In this document: positions 50,277-64,000 of the stretch, piece by piece
Layout of the letters: every line of letters begins with the position of its first letter
How positions within the stretch are numbered: position 1 is the stretch's first letter
NCBI GenBank assembly: GCA_963693365.1
Contig: CAVNZM010000004.1
Location: 5,582,564 to 5,646,563, forward strand
Source of the DNA: Amoebidium appalachense
Taxonomy: Eukaryota > Protista > Ichthyosporea
Direction of reading: 5' to 3'
DNA length: 64,000 nt
Translations under genes and position numbers: made by a program
The notes under the pieces: model-generated
Told to the model about the DNA's origin: nothing
What the model saw: the letters and a program-made list of their open reading frames with translations, nothing else
Database searches by the model: none

Positions 50277-52867
50277 AGTCTCAGGCTCTGACCCTGGATG
50301 CCAGCCTGACCCCAGCCAGCCCTTTTGGCAAGTCTGTGGCGGGTATGAGCCATGCTATTGGAGGCTCTGTGGGTGCCAGTCAGCCTCATCATAGAGTGCC
50401 CCTTCATGCAACCCTCCTCTCCTGCACTGCTTGCCTGTGCAGATGATGCCTTGATCTCTTCCACCCTGGCAGCCCACCTCTCAAACAACTGGGGCCCGGT
50501 AATCCAACCCCCCCCCCCCCCCCCCCCCTCCATGATGGCGATGGTGTGGGGGGGTAGACGGGCCTCGGGGCATGGGCCACACCAACGAGGGCATGGGCAG
50601 GGATCAAGACACAGTGCTCGACTGGGCCACGCAGTGTTGTTAGTAGCAGTGGGTGAGGGGGTGGCCCCCTGTAGCATGCCCTGGCTGGCCGCGTGGGTCT
50701 GCACATGTTGCAGGCAACCATGGTGGCATTGCTCCAGAGTGCCTCCCCTGCTGCTAAACTTAGCATGCCCGTAAAAGGAGATCTAGCCCCATGATTGGGC
50801 AGGCACAGCCAAATATGGTATCGATTAGCATGGCAAACTATTGTTACAGACTTTGCCATGAGCCACTTCTACGTGCCATTGGTAAAGAGGGGCAAACAAA
50901 TAATCGACTGCTAATCTCATTTTTAAGCCGTTTGATTAGAATGCCTTTAATATGGAAGTCAGATTTCAAAGTTTATTGGTCAATGCAAATCGATTTGCCG
51001 GGCTTTTAAATGATTGGATGAAGTGAGAGCGCTCCAATCAAACGTGTTTGCCGCGCTCTCCAATGCAAGTTTTTAATTTGAGCGGCCTTCGATTAGGCAA
51101 TCCGGATCACAAAAATGATTGGTTGTCGGCAAACCTGTAAGGACCACGTGAGCCTTGAAAGTCTGTGATGCAGTGGTCTGAGGAGGCTGATGGTATATGT
51201 TGATGTCGCTGCAAAACGCTACAGTTATATGACATGCAACAGACACTATTCACCCAGACCCCCATACAAAACACAAACACAAAAACTACAAACCTAGAGC
51301 TGCCACCACCCATTGAAAGAAACGAGCCACAACACCTAGCACCACTCCTCACCCCACCGACTAACCCACACCTTGCCGGCATGCCCCGCATGCAGCCACA
51401 CACACCGGAAGGTAGAGTGCAACCCACACCGCCTACGTATACAAACAACCACCACCACCACACTACACGATACGGGATACCAGACACACCCCACCACCCC
51501 AAACCCCACAGGCTGTCACAGCTCTACCACACTACCTTGGACCCCCCCACTGGGCCAACAGGAAAATTCGTAACCGTCCCCCCCCCCCCCCCCCCTCCCC
51601 CCCCCCCCCCCCCTAGTCTCTAAAACCTTTGAAAATTAGCACAAGCCCCGCTAGTATTTTCGTAAATTAATCATCGTTCAGCCATGTCTGTCACAAGGTG
51701 ACGGGCTCAGCCTAGAAAGTAAGTAGATAGGTCTCCTGGGCCCGGCATCCACCAAAAGGCAGCGGTGCTGAATATGAGCTGGATTAAGAAAAAGGTTCGA
51801 AATCAAACACCAGACACCAAATGAACCACCGGGCACGCACGTCAGCTTTATGACCGTATTGCATGCCCATGGATGGTTTACCCGGTTAAACAGGTAAATC
51901 AAGGCCAGGTGATCTAGGATCTTATTGAATTTTCCCGGCATGCAGGGTTCCCCCCCCCAACCGCAGGAGGGGGGGTCTGGGGTGGTCTGCGGTGTGTGTG
52001 GGTATGTGCGTGTGTGTGTGTGTATACGTGTGCGTGCTTTTGTCTGTGTGCACGTCACGGTGTGTTGTGTGTGTGTGTGTGTGTGTGCACTGCGCTTGTG
52101 TGCGCTATGTTTGTGTGTGTGCGTGTCAGGGGAGGGAGGGAGCTCTGGGGGGAGGGGGGCGGGGGAGGGGGGGGGGAGGGGGGAGGGGGGGGGGGGGGAG
52201 GGGGGGGGGGGGGGGGGGGGGGGGGTTGAAAGGGGTAATATACCTTGATCGTATATGTTGACCTGTTGGCTTGGATATTCGTTGTGAGGCACATGCATGC
52301 ATCACACACTGTGCCTTCAAGTGTGCACGCTTCCAAACACACACACACAGTCACACAAACACGCACAAACACACACACGCCCACATATACCATACGTGCG
52401 CACCCACGCAAACACACACTCGTTTTGCACACAAACACACACAACCCACCCCCCACTGTGTCACTGATACCTTATGCCAAGCTAAAGTCCCCCCCCCCCC
52501 TCCCCACCCACCCACCCACCCACCCACCTACCCACCTTGCCGTCCCCCGCCTGGCCCACCTTGCCGTCACCCCCCCTTTCCCCTCCCCTCCCCCCTCGGC
52601 GCCCCCAAGCCACCCACCTAGTTTGCAGTTACCTCCCCCCAAGGTTGTGAGAGCAGAACAAGACATCAGCCTCACGGTGCAATTGGGCATGAGAGTGTGT
52701 CACCACATATACCCCCAGGAAGGCATGTGGGATGTTCTGTGCCACAGGATGCTGACCACAGAGTTCATGCAGTGCCCTGGGTGCACATGCATGTCAAATC
52801 CTGACGTGCACGCAGGGGGGGGGGTTGTTGAGCACGGTATGAAGTACAAATAACATGTAAACCAAGA

Positions 52868-53365
52868 ACACATACGTGATGAGAAACATGGTGCAGGACA
52901 CATGCATGATGAGAAACATGGTGCAGGACACATGCATGATGAGAAACATGGTGCAGGACACGATGAGAAACATGAATGTTTGACTATGCATGTGTCAGAA
53001 ACATGGTGCAGGACACGATGAGAAACATGAATGTTTGACTATGCATGTGTCAAACATTCAAGTATGCAACATCAGCAATGCGCACAGCATGCGTCACAAG
53101 CAGAGCCCATCCTCAGGGAGGGCCCAAGTCAACCATTGCGTCTGAGTTTTGGCCCCTGAACCCCCGCATATACGACTCTCCAACTCAGCAGCATCAACTG
53201 AACTTGGGAGGGCCAACCCGCCTTTTGATCAAAGACGAACAGGGTTGCTTATGTAAACCAGGTCAGCAAAAAACGGTGAAGATGTATGTGTGTGGGCAAA
53301 ACTAAATGCGTATATTGTGCTGACAAATGAACGACAGAGCAATCATGCCCGGTTGCATGGAAGCA
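52868..53365 (+). repeat. Dispersed repeat family, copy 2, with internal tandem duplications
   Basis: Matches 1020-1345 in reverse complement. The GAGAAACATGGTGCAGGACAC unit is repeated and also occurs at 60671. Confidence 0.85.
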
Positions 53366-53720
53366 AAAGGGGGGGGGGGAGACTGGGATTCGGGATGGTC
53401 AATGAATGCGCCGTAGATCCCTGCAGGGGAAGGAGGGGAGTGGGCTGTTGTGTGTGATGTCTTTGGGTGCCAATGCGAGGGGTGGGCGCTGAGAGGTATG
53501 CAGTGTGAGGGGCAAGAACTGCAACACCAATGGGCTCCCAGTTGTGCACACACAACCTGTGCCCATGTGGCTGGTAGCTGTATGGACTACAAGACGGACC
53601 GGCAGCAATCGTGCAGGGTAAATACTAACGGTTTATTCGTGCTTGGTCAGGGCCTACAAGTATTGCGCTGTACAACAGTCATTCATTACATGCATATATA
53701 TGGCACCCCATGTGGGCCGT

Positions 53721-57303
<3,583 letters not shown>

Positions 57304-57668
57304 CTAACTCAAACACAAAAACAAAACAAAACTGCGGATATGGCCGCCAGCCCTCTGCTTATAAATGGAGGCAGGGGGATGCAAATTGTTATGGGTCGTA
57401 TCAGTATGTGACAATTCACCAATCACAAGTCGCCAAATATGCCAATTACATTCCACAATCCTTTCCCGAACAATGCTAGGCTCGCAACATAAACAACATA
57501 AACATTCAGCAGAAGCTCAAGTAAAAGCACAAAAGAACCATGAAAGATTACTATAAATATACTTAAACAAGACTATATATCTAGTTATAGCCGTCTTCAT
57601 TTACTATCAAGTCCCTGGCTTGGATCACATATAAATACCATATCCCAAAAATGGCAGGCAGTTGAGTT

Positions 57669-57687
57669 CGTGGAAGTAGCTGATTGG
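57669..57687 (-). promoter_or_regulatory. ER stress response element (ERSE), CCAAT-N9-CCACG
   Basis: The minus strand reads CCAAT CAGCTACTT CCACG, about 370 bp upstream of the BiP ATG. A variant CCAAT-N9-CCAAA lies at 57419-57437 (+), and a TATA-like TTTATAA near 57359-57365 (-). Confidence 0.7.
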
Positions 57688-57865
57688 TCAAAGGGAACTA
57701 AGATTTCTGATTGGTTGCAGTGCAAACGTCACGAATACCTAGTATCTTTAGTAGCTGATATCTAAGGTTTAAACCTTCTGAAGAACGTATAAACTAATTA
57801 TTATATATCCAAATTATGGATTAACTTAAAACCATTGGCTCTTGCCGCATTTATGCTGGGGCAAT

Positions 57866-59301
57866 ATGGGCTACGGTTGTTGCTATGCTATTCCGGCTGA
57901 GAGCTTCGGAGAAGCCTTCATGATCACTGAGTTTTATCACCAGTGTGAGTTGTGTTCGTGTGCGGCGCCCGCGTAGGCCTCAATGTGCAATATTGCTGCT
58001 GTGTCCTGTGTGACCTAGGCGGGCTTTTTTGTCTGCGTACGTGCCTGCGCACCTCTTGTGGTGTGTCTATGCGTGTGTTTGTCGCACAGTGTTGGCACAC
58101 GCTTCTCGCCCACCTTACGTTTTCACGTCTGCCTGGCGTCCTTTGCGCCCGTGCCTGTCCCCAGCACGGCTAGACGACATGCACACGTGGTATCGCTCGT
58201 CAGCTGAGTGCGTTAGCTCTCACTGCTATCTGGCTAGGGCTGTGCTTAGTTCTACAGTAACTGGTACCTCCGAAGACGTTGGCTGCTGTCCAAGGTGCAG
58301 GTAAGTGCACAGGTAGCACGCACATGTACAGTAACTGTTCTTCCTGTCGTCTTGCCCTGCTTCCCCTTGGCTACCCCAAACAGTGCTCTGCACATTGCAA
58401 CATCTGCCCCCGGCCCGCCTTAACTCTTCAGAGGTGGGTTTGGAAGTTTCCCTCCCCTTCCCCCCCCCCCCCCCCCTTCCCCCCCTCCCCCCCTCCCCCC
58501 CCCCCCCCCCCCCCCCCTCCCCCCCCGGCCCCCGCTCCCCCCTCCCTTCCCCTCCTCCCCCTCCTCCTCCCCTATGAAGACCACCATCACCTACATACAC
58601 TAATTCTCTTGGCTAATCTCATAAAACAGGTGTTTGTATATTGGGTAAAGCAAGAGAAATCTATCTTCGACCTTCTTCATTAGTATGCGTGACCACGGGA
58701 AGCAGTTCTAACTATGCATGGTTCTACTCGTGTACATGTGTTGGACGGGGCCTGTGTGCGTGTGACGGAGGGGAAGCATGGTGGGGGTGAAGGGGGGGTC
58801 GCCCTTATAGGATACTACTCAAACCCAGCCACACCTAGTCTTATCTAAACCTTCCCCTCTCACCCTCCCGCCGGGGCTTGGCTTGGCATCTGTTACGTAC
58901 TATTTTCGTGCTAGCTCAATGGCATCACATCCTTCTTTTTCATGGTGTGTCACGGTTACGTTAGACTCGTGGCTCGCTAATATAGACAGCAACAAACTCT
59001 TGGGCAGTGGGTTTTCGCTTGCCATCCACACGTCACCTTCAGGGTTGCATCAACACTGCGATATAGGGGCCTGGTGGCTGTGAGCCAAAAGCGCCGAGGC
59101 CTCAGCGTGAAAATTGCTAATAGAACAAAAGCACTGTTGATGCAGGACTTGGATCTGCTGTCTTATTGCGAGGCTTTCAGTGGAATGCCTTCATACTGCA
59201 GAGCACACGACCACACAGTGTGCCACCAACATAGCAGTGCCAGCTATGCTAACACAAGGCTGTTACGACTCAGTAGCAGAGTGGCAACAAGCACGACCTA
59301 A
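57866..59301 (+). CDS. Candidate orphan multi-micro-exon gene, head-to-head with BiP
   Basis: Phase-consistent GT-AG exons 57866-57944, 58019-58036, 58165-58207, 58258-58300, 58630-58682, 58915-58944/58954 and 58990 onward. The frame of the last exon is ambiguous. Confidence 0.4.
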
Positions 59302-59570
59302 CGCAAGCCCGCACAGGCATGGCCACTTTGAATCTGGTCGGTTCAGGTGTATTTGGGCTGAGCCCGCACCCACACGCAGTGATGCCCAGCATCTACCCGC
59401 GTTATCATTTATCTCACTGGTGTTCTGTGCTTCGAACACACGTACTCCTTGTATGCTCTGTATGAAATGGGGTAGGACTTTCATTGCAATACTGCACAGT
59501 CCCTGCTAACTATCTGGCTGTATGTCTGTGGCTGTGGGTGGGTGGCTGTGGGGAGTGGTGCTGCACGTGG

Positions 59571-61748
59571 TTATTCGGGCGACTGGGCCCCGGCCGCCGT
59601 CTCCTCTGTCTTCTGGGTGTTTAGCTCGGCCAGGCGCTGGCCCAGCCGCATAGTGCTCTTGATGTACTTATCCACGCAGTCGCTGACGCACGATGCCTGC
59701 ACACACAGTCACAAGGCAGCCCCCTGACCCACACAGCTCTACGTGCACACAGCCCCCTGACCCACACAGCTCTACGTGCACACAGCCCCCTTACCCACAC
59801 AGCTCTACGTGCATGCAGCCCCCTGACCCACACAGCTCTACGTGCATGCAGCCTTCTGACCCACACAAATCTACGTGCATGCAGCAACCCCCTCACACAC
59901 AAACACACCTCCTTCGGGGTCAGATGGCGGGTTGTCATGTCATTGACGCAGTCCGAAAAGCAGCGCAGTTGCAGCCGATTGACCTGCTGGATGTTGTCCC
60001 TCATCTGCAGCCCACGTTAGTGGTGTCGTCCTGCCCGTCTATCACAGGCTATTCACCCTCCAGTTGTAAACCCTGCCAATTGCTCAGCACTACTTGTGTG
60101 ACTGCAGATACACAGGCATACAGGTGCACATCCTATGGCGGCGACATAGTCACTGTGTCATAGTTGCACTACAGCACACGCATAGCCTTTTGAAGACACA
60201 CACCCAGACTTGGCATTCAGCGTGCAAGCTTTGCACCACTAAACCCACGAATATGCACCCAGAACCGTGTACTCCACGAACTCCCAGCTTGCTTCCAAAC
60301 TGCCAGATGCTAACATCTGGTTGCTTGGGATAGTGAGCACCCAGGTCCAAGCACCCGTTGAGGCTCAAGACCATCCTATTGGCTAGCCAGGCGGCAGCAG
60401 CAGCCTGCCACTATCCACACACTTGCACCGATGCACCCTTACACAACAATAGTCAAGCCTTCACTCGTAACTGTGAGTAAGTGGGTGTTGGGTGGGAAAT
60501 GGTCGGAAGACACAGCAAATCGGCATAGAAACAGTGCACATGCACAGGTGTGCATGTAGTGCAAGAGCCCATCGGAGAAACTGTGCGCCGGGGGGGGGGG
60601 GGGGGGGGGGGGGGAGGGGGGGGGAGACGGGGGGGAAGGTCCAGATTGGTGGAAAACACAACTACACGAAGAGAAACATGGTGCAGGACACATGCAGTGT
60701 CATGCAAAGGCAAAGATTATTTGTATGCAAGATAAGCAGAGACCACAATTGCAACCTGCGCAGAGCCCATCCTCAGGGTGGGGGGGGGGGGGGGGGGGGG
60801 GGGGGCAGGATGAAAGCTAAAAAGGGTTGAACAATGCAGACACCAAAAGACAAAACACAAAACCTCACGAAAATAACAAACGCCGGGGGAAGGGGGGGAA
60901 TGGACACGATTTTCAAGTGCATGCTGCGCAGCAATGGGCAAGGACAAGTTGACAAACAGCTGACTCCCAGAGCACACCCACGAACACACAAACACACGCT
61001 CACACACACACACACACACACACATGCGTGCGCGCGCACACACACACAAACAACCACACCCACACACACCCATGCACACACACACCTGCACACACACGTA
61101 CAGACACGGCACAGGTTTGCTCTCACACACCACACATACACACAGCCACACATACACCATCTAAAAATCAAAAAGGTACATAATATAGTACTTCATGACT
61201 CATTCAATACAAGATTGTGCGCCCGCACATACATGCACGTGCACACACTCACACAAAAACAGGCGTGGGGACACAAACACCTGACTCTGCCAAAGTGCAC
61301 ATGCCTACACACGTTCGTGTATTTTGCCATACACACTCTTAACACGTCTTGTAGGCACATAGGCAAGCAGTAAATGACATCCACAAGGTGCGGCTCACAA
61401 AAACATACCTCCACCCACTGGAATGCCTGCACAGTCGTGAACACCACACACCCAAAAATAGAATACCACACGCACACACAGACACACACGCACTCACGTG
61501 CCCAAGCAACAAGCACGCAGACACGCACGAACACACCCACAAATGATGCTACATACACGGTGCATGCTTGTGCAAGTCTCTGCCTATCCTCCCCGCACAG
61601 GAATGCGTGAGGGCAAACGAACACATAAAGCAATGTAGAACAAAGACCGACATGCCTGGAAACTGACAAACATAGAAGCGGGCTCTGCTACAGCCGCAGG
61701 CAACCAGTCGCCGCTAGCACTGTCGGCAAAGAGACAAGGTACACTACG

Positions 61749-61782
<34 letters not shown>

Positions 61783-61884
61783 GGGAAGGGGGGGGGGGTC
61801 AGGCACCTGGCGTATCAGCATCATCTGCTCAAGCTGCGCCTGTTCCTCGCGGCTGAACTCGCGCGGCTGCAGCAAGCTGGACAT
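59571..61884 (-). CDS. TIMM9: Small Tim chaperone Tim9 (twin CX3C)
   Basis: MSSLLQPREFSREEQAQLEQMMLIRQ|MRDNIQQVNRLQLRCFSDCVNDMTTRHLTPKE|ASCVSDCVDKYIKSTMRLGQRLAE; Tim10b is less likely. Confidence 0.82.
59715..59892. repeat. About 33-bp minisatellite in Tim9 intron 2
   Basis: CAGCCCCCTGACCCACACAGCTCTACGTGCA(C/T)(A/G), about 5 copies. Confidence 0.9.
60670..60778 (+). repeat. Dispersed repeat family, fragment 3, in Tim9 intron 1
   Basis: GAGAAACATGGTGCAGGACACATGC...GCAAAGGCAAA...GCAGAGCCCATCCTCAGGG is shared with the other two copies. Confidence 0.7.
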
Positions 61885-63029
61885 TCTCCTGCCCAGCGCG
61901 TGTCAGCCAAGTGCGCCTAGCCCATGCCTTTGCCTGCCGCCTACCCCCCCCTCCCCCTCCCCCCCCCCCCCCCCTCCCCCCCCCCCCCCCCCCCCCCCCC
62001 CCCCTTCTCTCACCGCCAGCAAGAGGCACACGGGGACGCCCCGGACGTGAAACCTACTGCTATGCGCGTGTGATACCTTGCGTGCTAGGCCTGGGCCTGG
62101 TGGAGAGTCGTGTAGGCCGTGCAACTGCGTGGACAGGCCGATACCGTGCTGTGGACGCCTAACTACTCGTGTAGAGTGCGCAAAGCTGCAACTACACACA
62201 GGCCTATATCTAGAGTGCCGGCCGGTGCAGCGTTTAATCACGTGTGCCTACGTCCTACAGAGGCTGGCCTCTACGAAAAGCGTATCAAGATGCAAGTCCG
62301 CAGAGGTCCGGTGGCGTCGTGCAAGCACTCTCACACAGGCATGGTAGTCCTATATTGGGCTAGTGTCTGGGGTATAGCTGTATAGCCCTACGTGTACGCG
62401 CGCTCTGGTCGGAGAAGCTCGAAGGCGGATGGTTTCTCTTGAAACGCATGCATCAGCACGTGATGCCGATCTGCAGTTTGCGTAATGCAGAGAGCCAATC
62501 AGAAGCCTTGTGTGGTGCACAGTACACCAATGAAATTGACTGTATATTTCATTGGCTAAACAGCCCTGCCCCGGACACAAATTAATTATATACATGCCCC
62601 GATCGAATATATATATATATATATATATATATACTTCAGCCTCTCCGCCGCGCTTCGCGTCCCCGTACGCACCGTTGAACTACAATACGCTATTGTAGCA
62701 GAGAGGTTCATAAAGTACGTGTTTCATCGGATAAGACTCTGGGGGTTACGTGGCTGAAAACGAAAATATAAAAGGTTTTGAAAATAGAATAAAAAAGGTG
62801 GCGGGGGGAGGGGGGGTACAACTTGAACAAAAAACGATCTTTGCATGGTTGTAATTAGAGATCAGATGAACAAAATAATATTCAATTCCCCCAAAATGCA
62901 GTCCTTGGAAAAGTCTCTCCTGTGTTTCAGAGAGAGTATGTGCGTGTTGTGTGTGTGTGTGTGTGTGCGTGTGTGTGTTCGTGTGTGTGTGTGCACGTGT
63001 GTGCGCGCATGTGCATATGTGTGTATGTG

Positions 63030-63064
<35 letters not shown>

Positions 63065-63124
63065 GCGTGTGTGTGTGTGTGTTGTGTGTGCGCACGTGTG
63101 CGCGCGCGTTGTGCGCACGCGTTG

Positions 63125-63232
<108 letters not shown>

Positions 63233-64000
63233 TGTCGACGTACATGCACGTCTGCGCTCAAAAACCTTTAACATTCAAAGAATGCATTGTTGCCGTAAGG
63301 TTGATCCACGGCCATCTAGAGACTCTACTAGATGGCCGTGGGTTGATCGTAAGGCAACCAGTCAAGTATCCTGATAAGTCGACCGTGAGCCACTTTAGTG
63401 GCTCATACCGGACGACCACCCCTGCAGCTTAGTGGTCGAGAGTCGCGCCCCACTTTCTTGGTATGCCCAGTTAGCTGCTGAAGTTTCCTGCCTTTTTTGT
63501 CTTTGGACCAAGGTGATTGGTGTAATAAAAGAGGGTGCCAGCACTTGCCAACCAACAAGGGGTATCGTGGTTTTTTCGCATTCCCCTCGGCAGTCGACAG
63601 ATCGCCGGATTTCAGCCCAGATTTTCCCCAGAAGCGGGTGAACCCCTTGAGAACGCTACGTCGTGAACTCGATGAAAAGACAACATAGAGCCTTCAAGTT
63701 TTGCCGCTAGCATGCTAATACATTGTTTTTGCTTTCTGCTACTTTTTGAAGGGTTTCGCGCACCTTGAAGCAACCATATTTTGACATAACCAAAAACTTG
63801 TCCAGAGAGCGCAGTTTGATTTGATTCCGCTCGATTGCCGACCTCCATTTCCGGTGGAGGAAGGCCATCCCCTACAGAACGCTACTAAGTGATCTCGGTG
63901 GAATGACAACGTAATAACTTGATATTTTGCAGGCAGCACGCCAATACTATCCTCTTTGTTTTCTACTAATTATTTTTAGGGCGTAGCACTACGTGGGGAT

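Noticed and set aside
51614-51950. TAGTCTC start resembling the Academ-like MITE terminus
   Set aside because: No matching right end with a 9-bp TSD was found.

Overview
This is eukaryotic nuclear DNA: gene-dense and intron-rich, with introns and intergenic DNA full of (GT/CA)n, (GA)n, long poly-G/C runs and 20-60 bp minisatellites. Most ORFs in the supplied track are artefacts of these repeats. The proteins are animal-like, while the introns have fungal-style branch sites (CTRAC close to CAG) and little polypyrimidine tract. This suggests a unicellular holozoan, possibly an ichthyosporean (inference). Genes reconstructed by hand splicing: the 3' part of a C-type lectin gene with two in-frame TGAs, tafazzin, HTATSF1 with an intronic tRNA-Arg(CCT), an arrestin, type II NADH dehydrogenase, PAAF1/Rpn14, TMA7, NLE1, eIF6, BiP, a candidate orphan micro-exon gene, and Tim9. 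Mobile DNA includes an intact copia-type mini-LTR element (TRIM) just after the PAAF1 stop, two intronic MITEs with TSDs, a poly-A retro-insertion and a dispersed repeat family. The main highlights are the young TRIM with a half-tRNA PBS, a trypanosomatid-like NDH-2 with a GC-AG intron, a perfect ERSE upstream of BiP, head-to-head NLE1/eIF6, and tandem repeats that copy splice junctions or stop codons. All family assignments come from remembered motifs, not database searches.
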